Source: a virus (taxonomy: Duplodnaviria > Caudoviricetes). From it: DNA of 51,125 nt. Each line of letters opens with the position of its first letter. Position 1 is the stretch's first letter. This document shows, in pieces, positions 1 to 7,528 of the stretch. The notes below the pieces were generated by a model, which worked only from the letters and a program-made list of their open reading frames with translations, made no database searches and had not been told where the DNA came from. A program made the translations under genes and the position numbers. The stretch lies in the IMG/VR virus record IMGVR_UViG_3300042851_000008, positions 1 to 51,125 of that record. The stretch is one strand, 5' to 3'.

Positions 1-127
1 CTAGGCACTGCAACGGAAGGACGGACTGATGCCCTGGGCCGCGCTTGACGATCAGTTCCACGCGAACCCGAAGGTAGTCGCCGCCGGCCTCGACGGCGCC
101 GGCCTGTACGCGCGCTCGATCAGCTAC
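1..127. repeat. Terminal direct repeat, left copy (circular overlap)
   Basis: Bases 1-127 are identical to 50999-51125. 127 is a common assembler k-mer, so this indicates a complete circular or permuted genome rather than a biological terminal repeat. Confidence 0.93.
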
Positions 128-556
128 TCGGCGAACTACCTGACCGACGGCTTCGTCCCCGAAGGATGGGCTCGCGAGACAGCCCCGAAACGCTTGCATT
201 CTCGCCTCGTGTCCGTCGGGCTGTGGGACAGAGACGACGACCTCGGCGGCTACTGGATCCACGACTACCTCAGGTTCAACCCCACCCGTGTGGATATCGA
301 GAAGAAACGCCTTGAGGCAGCCGAAAGGAAGCGAAAGTCACGCGAGCGTCACGACGGTGTCACACCGTCCGTCACGCGTGACAACCCACGTGACTCACAC
401 GAGAGTCACAGCGAGGCTCGCGCGCAGTCGCGCCCGGGCGCGCGGCCCACGCCCCTTACCCCAGAAGAGCCAAAAGACTTTGAGGATGAAGAACTATTAG
501 AGAGCGGCGTACACGAGATCAGCCGACTCGCCCAAGACATCGGACGGAAGCTATGA
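29..556 (+). CDS. Phage replication initiator / replisome-organizer-like protein
   Basis: N-terminus MPWAALDDQFHANPKV...GLYARSISYSANYLTDGFVP and LVSVGLW...YWIHDYLRFNP followed by 'AERKRKSR' is typical of actinophage Rep-like wHTH proteins; internal DNA repeats present. Confidence 0.7.
   Translation: MPWAALDDQFHANPKVVAAGLDGAGLYARSISYSANYLTDGFVPEGWARETAPKRLHSRLVSVGLWDRDDDLGGYWIHDYLRFNPTRVDIEKKRLEAAERKRKSRERHDGVTPSVTRDNPRDSHESHSEARAQSRPGARPTPLTPEEPKDFEDEELLESGVHEISRLAQDIGRKL
337..409. repeat. GTCAC/GTGAC iteron-like cluster inside the rep gene (candidate origin)
   Basis: GTCAC at 337, 348, 359, 371 and 405; GTGAC at 378 and 390. The first four are spaced 11-12 bp apart. Lambda-type origins lie inside the initiator gene. 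Confidence 0.55.
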
Positions 557-648
557 GCGACCCCACCCCGGATGCGGAAGCTCGGCCGGAAGCTCGGTGA
601 GCGCCGCCTTCTCTACAAGCCAGCTAACGAGAAACCGCCCCGCCGACC

Positions 649-677
649 TTGACAGCGGGTAGGATGAGAGCTATACG
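649..677 (+). promoter_or_regulatory. Candidate sigma70-type promoter
   Basis: TTGACA(649-654)-N17-TATACG(672-677). The -10 is imperfect and overlaps the inverted repeat TATACGCC/GGCGTATA. Confidence 0.45.
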
Positions 678-696
678 CCACGGCGTATAAAGGTAG

Positions 697-763
697 TGGA
701 CCGCAGGGGAATTGAACCCCTCACCGGCCGGATCCAGTGTCCTTCGGTGATCCAATGCGGCCC
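697..763 (-). ncRNA. 67-nt tRNA/tmRNA-like RNA lacking a D-stem, with Ala-type acceptor
   Basis: Minus strand: acceptor GGGCCGC/GCGGTCC with a G3-U70 pair, discriminator A, T-arm AGGGG-TTCAATT-CCCCT, central stem CACCG/CGGTG. Followed by CTA rather than CCA. Confidence 0.65.
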
Positions 764-769
764 GCGCAA

Positions 770-816
770 GAGGCCCAGGGAGGGAACTCAGACAAGGTTT
801 CTCCGCCCTGGGCCTC
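770..816. other. Long hairpin (possible terminator or RNA element)
   Basis: GAGGCCCAGGG...CCCTGGGCCTC arms with inner pairing; TTTT lies 5 nt downstream on the + strand. Confidence 0.5.
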
Positions 817-1098
817 GGCCTTTTCCCTAGGTCAGTCGCGCTTCGCGGCTTCGTCCTGGACCTGCAAGAACCTCGGGTTCACCACCGCCCAACTACTAGC
901 CGACCACCGCTTCAACGTCCACGGAGAAGACACAGCATGACGGGGGCACCCCCCACAACGGAAAAGCACGATCAACCTACGCCCTCGCCCGTTTCCGCGA
1001 GAAACATTCGTGATGGGGCGCAGGGTGGGTAGAGCGTGGTGCGTATTCTGCAAGTGGGCTGGCTTGTGGGCTGGCTACTATGCCGTGCCGGTGAGTGC

Positions 1099-1341
1099 AT
1101 GAGCGAGGAGCACGTTGCGGCGGTGTTCGGGCCTGCTTGGGTGCGGGAGGCGCGCGAGTCGGATCGGCTGATGCTCGGCGAGTTCGAGTGGCGGCTGCTG
1201 GCGATTCGTCATCGGATGCGCGCTCTTGACCTGTCGTTGCCGTGGTACTTCGATGGTCCGGCTTGGCATGAGCTTGAGGTGGAGTGGGAGGCTGTTCGGC
1301 AGGCTGAGCTCGAGGAGCGTCGCGTGGCGGCGTCACCATGA
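1099..1341 (+). CDS. Hypothetical protein
   Basis: ATG at 1099; ATGA overlap with the next gene. Confidence 0.6.
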   Translation: MSEEHVAAVFGPAWVREARESDRLMLGEFEWRLLAIRHRMRALDLSLPWYFDGPAWHELEVEWEAVRQAELEERRVAASP

Positions 1342-1994
1342 CGTTGCTTTCGAGCCCGCTTGCTCTTCACGCCTTCGAGTGCCCGGAGGCGCGCTGTTCC
1401 TGTGGCCCGGTGCGTGACGTGGAGGCGCTGGTCAGGTCGGCGGTGCGGGCTCATCACAGGGGTGGTCTGGGCCCGGAGGGTGGCCGGGAGACGGAGGATT
1501 TGCTGGCGGAGCTCTTCTTTCAGGCGGCGAGGGCGGCGTCGCGTCCGCGGTCGGCGGGGTGGGTGTCGCGGCCGTTTGTGGATTTTGTGGTGGCGTTGGT
1601 TCATGACCGGATCACGGATTGGTATCGGGCGCGGTATCCGGGGTCGCGGTATGGTCGGGCGCTCGAGCTGGTGGGTTATGAGGTGGCGCCGGAGGAGCGG
1701 TGGTCGGGGGACGTGTCGGATTCGGTGGATGTCGGGCGGCTGTCGGTGTCGGGCCGTTGGACGTACTTTTCGATTGCGGTGCCGATGGCGCGGGAGGGTT
1801 TGGATGTGCGGGACGTTGCGGCGCTTAGGCGGCCGGCGGGGGAGGAGCATCCGCGGTTGCGGTTTGCGCGTGGTGGCCGGGCCCGGATCGTGGAGCGGCT
1901 TCTGGGGGAGCTCAGGGCGGAGTTGGAGTTGCAGGGGGTGCGGCCGACGGTGCGGGCCGAGCCGTCGGAGGTCGGGGAGGCGATGTCGGCGTGA
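1338..1994 (+). CDS. Sigma-70 region 2-like protein (putative phage sigma factor / late activator)
   Basis: ETEDLLAELFFQAARAASR...PFVDFVVALVHDRITDWYR resembles the region-2 pattern 'AEDL.QE.F....RA...F.......RNR..D..R'. Lies just upstream of the packaging genes. Confidence 0.55.
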   Translation: MTLLSSPLALHAFECPEARCSCGPVRDVEALVRSAVRAHHRGGLGPEGGRETEDLLAELFFQAARAASRPRSAGWVSRPFVDFVVALVHDRITDWYRARYPGSRYGRALELVGYEVAPEERWSGDVSDSVDVGRLSVSGRWTYFSIAVPMAREGLDVRDVAALRRPAGEEHPRLRFARGGRARIVERLLGELRAELELQGVRPTVRAEPSEVGEAMSA

Positions 1995-2482
1995 CCGGAG
2001 TTCGGACTTTTCGGCAATACCTGAGCGACAAGGGAACTGCGTACTACTCCGATCACTTGTTCTGCGGCTCATGCGCTCGTCTCATCCGCACGCCCCACGA
2101 CTTTGAGCGCACGCCGGCGGACTTGGATGATCGTGGGTCATTTCCGCTCGGCAGTTGCCACACGCACCTTCACTACGCCTTCTGCCCCTGGTGCGGCGTC
2201 GAGTTCGAGGACGACTGGTGGCGCGAAACTATCGTCGAGAACGAGCGTGCCATCGACCACTACGACCAACCGGGCACGCACAAAGGAGACACCCACGAGT
2301 TTCGCGGCAGCGGCCCCGACTGTATTGCCGGTCACGTTCTCGCATCGTCTGATCATTCACTTTGCTGGTGCAAGCCGACGGTGGAGCCGGGGATCCTGGG
2401 CTGCCGGATCATTCACAACGATGTCGAGCGGACGCCGCCTGCTCTTCCGTCCTGGGATGACGACGGTTGGGCCGACGAATGA
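1991..2482 (+). CDS. Cys/His-rich (CxxC) hypothetical protein
   Basis: CGSC and CPWC motifs; GTGA/ATGA coupling on both sides. Confidence 0.65.
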   Translation: MTGVRTFRQYLSDKGTAYYSDHLFCGSCARLIRTPHDFERTPADLDDRGSFPLGSCHTHLHYAFCPWCGVEFEDDWWRETIVENERAIDHYDQPGTHKGDTHEFRGSGPDCIAGHVLASSDHSLCWCKPTVEPGILGCRIIHNDVERTPPALPSWDDDGWADE

Positions 2483-2730
2483 CCGCAGACGAGTTCGAGC
2501 GCGCCTATGCCGAACGCAGCGGCCTGTCCGTCGCCGGACTACGTGGCCTGGGCCGCATCGTCGTCGCCTGCCGCTGCGGTGGGGACGATTGCGAAGGCTG
2601 GGCCTCCGTGTCGAAGGAGAACGCGGTGGACTACGAGCCAGGCGAAATCTACGGGCCGCCGGAGACCGACGCTCTCCACAGAACCCTTGCAGCTGCGGCC
2701 ACTCCGCCTGGAAGCTGGCCTGTCCGCTGA
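2479..2730 (+). CDS. Hypothetical protein
   Basis: ATGA-coupled; MTADEFERAYAERSG...CRCGGDDCEGW. Confidence 0.65.
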   Translation: MTADEFERAYAERSGLSVAGLRGLGRIVVACRCGGDDCEGWASVSKENAVDYEPGEIYGPPETDALHRTLAAAATPPGSWPVR

Positions 2731-3113
2731 TGCCGTCGACGGTGTGTATCGGCTGCATGCAGATCGTCGACAAGGTCGAGCCCGCTTCCAGGCGTTGCCT
2801 GGTGAACGGCTGCCATAAGCGGTGGGAGGATGCCAGGAACGCGCAGCCCGCCGGGCAGGCCAGAAGGGCGATCACGAAGCAGCGGCGGCAGCGGATCTAC
2901 CGCCGCGACGGGTTCAAATGTGTCCGCTGCGGGGCCGGGAAGGACTTGACGGTCGGGCATGAGCCGCCGTTGGCTGAGCAGCTGGATCCGCGCAGGCACT
3001 ATGCGGATGAGGAGTTGGTGACGGAGTGCCAGTCGTGCAACTCGAAGGCTGGGGCGACGGTGCGTCGGTCGGTGCCGGTTGAGTCTTCGTCGTCTGAGCC
3101 GCTGATCGCATGA
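2730..3113 (+). CDS. HNH endonuclease (terminase-associated type)
   Basis: RQRIYRRDGFKCVRCG...LTVGHEPP...ECQSCNSK. Likely start is ATG 2730 within the 2103-3113 ORF. Confidence 0.85.
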   Translation: MPSTVCIGCMQIVDKVEPASRRCLVNGCHKRWEDARNAQPAGQARRAITKQRRQRIYRRDGFKCVRCGAGKDLTVGHEPPLAEQLDPRRHYADEELVTECQSCNSKAGATVRRSVPVESSSSEPLIA

Positions 3114-4333
3114 GCGACGCGCCCTCCATCTTCGGCGAGCCGATCGACCAGCGGGCGTTGCAGCAGATCGAGAACTGCCTGCGCGACGACCGTGCTGTGG
3201 CCGGTGCGCTCATGGCCGACCATCATCTCGGCTACTCGATGCCGATCGGCGGAGTCGTTGCCTACCGGGACGCGATCTCCCCGTCCGGCGTCGGCTTCGA
3301 CATCGCCTGCGGAAACAAGGCCGCGCGGACAGAGCTCGAAGTGGACTTCGGCATCAAGTACGACCTTGGGCGGCTCATGGGTGACATTCGCAAGCAGATC
3401 GCGTTCGGGATCGGCCGCTCGAACGCGGAGCCGATCGACCACGACCTGTTCGATGATCCGCTCTGGTCGGAGATCGACAAACTCGTGCCGGGCTTGCAGG
3501 AGAAGGCGCGGGCACAACTCGGCACGGTCGGCTCAGGCAACCACTACGTCGACTTGCTCGTGGATGAGGATGGGCGGCTCTGGGCCGCTAACCACTTCGG
3601 CTCGCGCGGCTTCGGGCACACCGTCGCCACGACGTTCCTGAACCTCGCCGCGGGACGCGCGCCAACCGAGCGGGCGAAGGACGAAGAAACCCCGGCCGTG
3701 CTCGACCTCGGCACCGAGACGGGCGACCTCTACATGGAAGCGATGAAGCTAGCTGGGCGGTACGCCTACGCCGGCCGCGACTACGTCATGGATCAGGTGC
3801 TACGGATCCTCGGCACTAAGACGACGTTCGAGGTTCACAACCACCACAACTTCGCCTGGGAGGAAGACGGCCTAATCGTCGTCCGCAAAGGTGCGACACC
3901 GCTCACCGAAGACCCCGCGTTCATCGGCGGCTCGATGGGCGACGTGTCCGTGATCGTTCGCGGTACGGGCGAGGACATCGGAGCGCTCGCCTCTGCCCCA
4001 CACGGGGCGGGCCGTGTGATGAGCCGCACGCAGGCGGCAGGCAAGTGGATGAAGCAGCGGGTGACGCGCACCGCGCCGGACGGGACGACCTACGAAAAGA
4101 AGATCCGGGTCCGCAACAAAGCGACCGCCGCGATCGACTGGGATGCGGTACGAGCCGACCTGGACGAGCGCGGGATCGTCGTCCTCGGCGCTGGCGCGGA
4201 CGAAGCGCCAGGCGTCTACAAGAGCCTCGAAGCGGTCCTATCGCACCATCCGAACATCGAAGTGCTGCACCGACTCGAACCGCTCGGTGTGGTCATGGCG
4301 GGCGAGGACGAGTTCGACCCGTACAAGGATTAG
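3110..4333 (+). CDS. rtcB: RNA-splicing/repair ligase RtcB
   Basis: MADHHLGYSMPIGGV, GVGFDIACG, LGTVGSGNHY, HFGSRG, HNF, RKGATP, GSMG, SAPHGAGRVMSR, DEAPGVYK. Confidence 0.96.
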   Translation: MSDAPSIFGEPIDQRALQQIENCLRDDRAVAGALMADHHLGYSMPIGGVVAYRDAISPSGVGFDIACGNKAARTELEVDFGIKYDLGRLMGDIRKQIAFGIGRSNAEPIDHDLFDDPLWSEIDKLVPGLQEKARAQLGTVGSGNHYVDLLVDEDGRLWAANHFGSRGFGHTVATTFLNLAAGRAPTERAKDEETPAVLDLGTETGDLYMEAMKLAGRYAYAGRDYVMDQVLRILGTKTTFEVHNHHNFAWEEDGLIVVRKGATPLTEDPAFIGGSMGDVSVIVRGTGEDIGALASAPHGAGRVMSRTQAAGKWMKQRVTRTAPDGTTYEKKIRVRNKATAAIDWDAVRADLDERGIVVLGAGADEAPGVYKSLEAVLSHHPNIEVLHRLEPLGVVMAGEDEFDPYKD

Positions 4334-4442
4334 CCCGGCGCCCCTCGGCACTTGTCGTTCAAGGCCCCTCCCGTCTCCGCTTTCGCGGTAGGCGTGGACT
4401 GACGCCTCGTTCGTCAACGGGAGCAGCCGAGGAGCACCAGGC
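4333..4442 (+). ncRNA. Candidate structured intergenic RNA (branched)
   Basis: Nested stems CCTCGGC(4343)/GCCGAGG(4426) and CTCCCGT(4368)/ACGGGAG(4417) enclose the hairpins CCGC-TTTC-GCGG and AGGCGT-GGACTG-ACGCCT. Confidence 0.4.
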
Positions 4443-4467
4443 GGCGGCACGTTAGCAGAGTCGCCGC

Positions 4468-4477
4468 GCCGACAGTC
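4468..4477 (+). promoter_or_regulatory. Late-promoter-like motif GCCGACAGTC
   Basis: Variant of GCCGATAGTC, 9 nt before the terminase GTG. Confidence 0.6.
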
Positions 4478-4486
4478 CCTCGGCGC

Positions 4487-6106
4487 GTGACCACCACGAC
4501 CCAAACCCGCACCCCCTTCACCCTCGAGCACTTCACCCACTGGGCCGCCGAGCTCGTCCTCGACAACGGCAACCCCTGGAACCTCGAACCATTCCAGCAA
4601 GCCTTCGCCGCCGACCTCTTCACCGGCATCCCCGAATGCTGGCTGATCGTCCCCGAAGGCAACGGCAAGACCACCCTGATCGCCGGGCTGGCGCTCTACT
4701 ACTGCGCCTTCGCACCGATGCCCGCCGAAATCCCCGTCGCCGCGAGCTCCAGAGAACAGGCCGGCATCATCTACCGCCAGGCCGAAGGCTTCATCCTCCG
4801 CTCCCCCTGCCTCTACGACCTCGTCCACTCGAAGTCCCGGGAGGCGAAAGGGAAACGCAAACTCGAAGTGCCGCGGTTCGTGGCCCTCGACGGCTACCGC
4901 CGCATCAACCACTACACAGGCAGCCGCATCCAGGTGTTCGCCGCCGACGAGCGGACCGGCGACGGCGTGATCGCGCTACTCGCGATCCTCGACGAGCTCC
5001 ACCGGCACAAGCACCTTGGCCTGTACCGGACCTGGGCGGGGAAACGGTCGAAGCGGGGCGGGCAGATCATCGCGATCTCGACCGCTGGCGAGCCGGGCGG
5101 CGAGTTCGAGGAGACCAGGGAGAAGATCCGGCAGTCCGCAACCGACGTTGCGAGGACCGAGACGTTCGTTCGCGCCGCCTCCGAAGACATCGTGCTGCAC
5201 GAATGGGCAGTCCCCGCCGACGGCGACGTCGAAGACCTCGACCTCGTGGCGCGGGCGAACCCGCTCAGCCAGATCACCGCCGACACTCTCGCCGCCAAGC
5301 GCAGGTCGCCGACGATGACCTTGCCGCACTGGCGCCGCTTCACCTGCAACCTCCCGACCCGCGGCGAGCATGCGGCGATTCAGGAGTCGGAGTGGTTCGA
5401 TGCCGCCACGACCGAGGAGATCCCGGTCGGGGTGCCGGTCTGGCTCGGCCTCGATGTCGCGTGGAAGTGGGACACGACCGCGATGGTGGCGCTGTGGGTG
5501 CCGCTCCGCCGCCGCCCCGACCTGCGCGCCGTGGTCGACGGTGAGCCAGTCTCGGAGCCGCGGCCTGCGCAGCCCGACCTTGCCGCCGAGTTCCTCGACC
5601 GGCTCAACCTGAACGAGGGCGAGTACCGCCTCTTCGGGCCCGCCACCATCCTCGAGCCGCCCCGCGACGGCCGCTCGCTGAACCCCGAAGCGATCGAGCG
5701 GGCGCTCGTCCTCATCCACCAGCGGAACCCGCTGGACACCGTCGTGATGGACACGTCGCAGGCGCAGGACATCGCCTTCTGGATCGAGTCCGAGCTCGGC
5801 GCCCGCGTTGTCGAGCGGACGCAGTCGCCGAAGTTCTTCGCCGACGACTACGAACGTTTCATGGAGGCGCTCCGCAACGGCTGGCTGCACCACCAGGGCG
5901 ATGCTGGTCTGACCCGGCATGTGCTGAACGCCGTGACGCACATCATGCCGTTCGGCGACGCGCGCTTCGACCGGCCGTCGCAGACCCGCCGGGGCGGCGA
6001 CCAGGACCGCCGGGTGATCGACGCGTTGACGGCGGCGTCGATGGTCAACGCTGCCGCCGCTGGTGAATTCGGCACTGGCCTCGAGCCACTCGTGGCGTGG
6101 GGTTAG
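4487..6106 (+). CDS. terL: Terminase large subunit
   Basis: LEPFQ adenine-binding motif, Walker A PEGNGKTT, Walker B ILDELH, ISTAG coupling motif, nuclease GLDVA and IDALTA. Confidence 0.95.
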   Translation: MTTTTQTRTPFTLEHFTHWAAELVLDNGNPWNLEPFQQAFAADLFTGIPECWLIVPEGNGKTTLIAGLALYYCAFAPMPAEIPVAASSREQAGIIYRQAEGFILRSPCLYDLVHSKSREAKGKRKLEVPRFVALDGYRRINHYTGSRIQVFAADERTGDGVIALLAILDELHRHKHLGLYRTWAGKRSKRGGQIIAISTAGEPGGEFEETREKIRQSATDVARTETFVRAASEDIVLHEWAVPADGDVEDLDLVARANPLSQITADTLAAKRRSPTMTLPHWRRFTCNLPTRGEHAAIQESEWFDAATTEEIPVGVPVWLGLDVAWKWDTTAMVALWVPLRRRPDLRAVVDGEPVSEPRPAQPDLAAEFLDRLNLNEGEYRLFGPATILEPPRDGRSLNPEAIERALVLIHQRNPLDTVVMDTSQAQDIAFWIESELGARVVERTQSPKFFADDYERFMEALRNGWLHHQGDAGLTRHVLNAVTHIMPFGDARFDRPSQTRRGGDQDRRVIDALTAASMVNAAAAGEFGTGLEPLVAWG

Positions 6107-6108
6107 GG

Positions 6109-7506
6109 ATGGGTCTCCGCTCCCGCGTCGGCCGAGCGCTCGCCCGCTCCGACAACCCCGCCCTCGGCTTCGACGAATGGGTCAGCTACTTCAGCTACGG
6201 CGGCCTCGGCTACCCGTTCATGCCGACCCTCTCAACGATGGGCTCGAACAAGCAGGAAGAGCCCGCCCCCAGCTTCGAGGGCTACCTCCAGGCCGCCTAC
6301 AAATCGAACGGGGTCGTGTTCGCTTGCATGCTCGCCCGGATGATGCTGTTCAGCGAGGCCCGGTTCCAGTTCCGGCAGCTCCGCGGAGGCCGCCCCGGCG
6401 ATCTCTTCGGCAGTCCGGCACTCGCACCGCTCGAGAACCCGTGGCCGAACGGCACCACCGGCGACCTCCTCACCCGCACGATCCAGGACGCCGACATCGC
6501 CGGCAACTTCTACGCGGCGATCCGCTACGTCGACGGGCGCCAGCAGATCCGGCGGATGCGCCCCGACTGGGTCACGATCATCCTCGGCTCAGACCAGCCG
6601 CCCGACACCACCGAGGCGCAGCTCGACGCCGACGTGATCGGCTACCTCTACCACCCCGGCGGACCCCACTCGAGCTACGAGCCGCTACCGCTACTCGTGG
6701 AGGAGGTCGCGCACTTCGCGCCCATTCCCGACCCGGCCGCCCGCTTCCGCGGCATGAGCTGGCTGACCCCGATCATCCGCGAGCTGATGGGCGACCAGGC
6801 GATGACCGAGCACAAGCTGAAGTTCTTCGAGAACGGTGCCACGATCAACCAGGCCGTCACGCTCGACCCGTCGGTGAAGCAGGAGGGCTTCGACGCGTGG
6901 GTCGCGAAGTTCAAGGCGAGCCACGAGGGACTCGACAAGGCATACAAGACGCTGTTCCTCGGCGGCGGCGCCGCGATCACCTCGGTCGGTGCGGATCTCC
7001 AGCAGGCGACGTTCAAGGAGCTGCAGGCGATCGGCGAAACACGGATCGCGGCGGCGTCGGGAATGCACCCGGTGATCGTCGGCTTCTCCGAAGGGCTGCA
7101 GGGATCGAGCCTGAACACCGGCAACTTCCAGGCCGCCAGGCGGCTCACGGCCGACAAGACGCTCAGGACGCTCTGGCGGCAGGCCGCCGGCGCGTTCGCG
7201 TCGATCATCACCGTGCCATCGGGAGCGGAGCTTTACTTCGATGACCGCCACATCGCTTTCCTCCAGGACGACGTCCGTGACGCCGCCGAGTTGCAGCAGA
7301 AGCAGGCGTTCTCGATGAAGGCCCTGGTCGAGGCGGGCTACACGCCGGACTCGGTCGTCGACGCGGTCGTGGCCGGCGACATGCGCAGGCTCGTCCACTC
7401 CGGCATGTTCAGCAAGCAGCTCCAGCCGCCCGGCCTACCCGACAGCGGGGCGAGCGCGAACGGCAAGCCCGACAACGAGCCAGCCGCGTTGCCGCCCGGC
7501 CAGTAG
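6109..7506 (+). CDS. Portal protein (HK97 family)
   Basis: Follows terL; VFACM, LENPWPN, GNFY, RPDWV, GMSWL, KFFENGA. Confidence 0.93.
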   Translation: MGLRSRVGRALARSDNPALGFDEWVSYFSYGGLGYPFMPTLSTMGSNKQEEPAPSFEGYLQAAYKSNGVVFACMLARMMLFSEARFQFRQLRGGRPGDLFGSPALAPLENPWPNGTTGDLLTRTIQDADIAGNFYAAIRYVDGRQQIRRMRPDWVTIILGSDQPPDTTEAQLDADVIGYLYHPGGPHSSYEPLPLLVEEVAHFAPIPDPAARFRGMSWLTPIIRELMGDQAMTEHKLKFFENGATINQAVTLDPSVKQEGFDAWVAKFKASHEGLDKAYKTLFLGGGAAITSVGADLQQATFKELQAIGETRIAAASGMHPVIVGFSEGLQGSSLNTGNFQAARRLTADKTLRTLWRQAAGAFASIITVPSGAELYFDDRHIAFLQDDVRDAAELQQKQAFSMKALVEAGYTPDSVVDAVVAGDMRRLVHSGMFSKQLQPPGLPDSGASANGKPDNEPAALPPGQ

Positions 7507-7510
7507 TCGC

Positions 7511-7520
7511 GCCGATAGTC
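7511..7520 (+). promoter_or_regulatory. Late-promoter-like motif GCCGATAGTC
   Basis: 8 nt before ATG 7529; one of six copies ahead of structural or lysis genes. Confidence 0.7.
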
Positions 7521-7528
7521 CCGCGACG

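Noticed and set aside
1-127. Biological direct terminal repeat
   Set aside because: Its length equals a common assembly k-mer and it cuts through coding sequence.
697-763. Canonical tRNA-Gln(CTG) or tRNA-Ala gene
   Set aside because: No D-stem, no U33, an interrupted anticodon stem and no encoded CCA. Kept only as tRNA-like.
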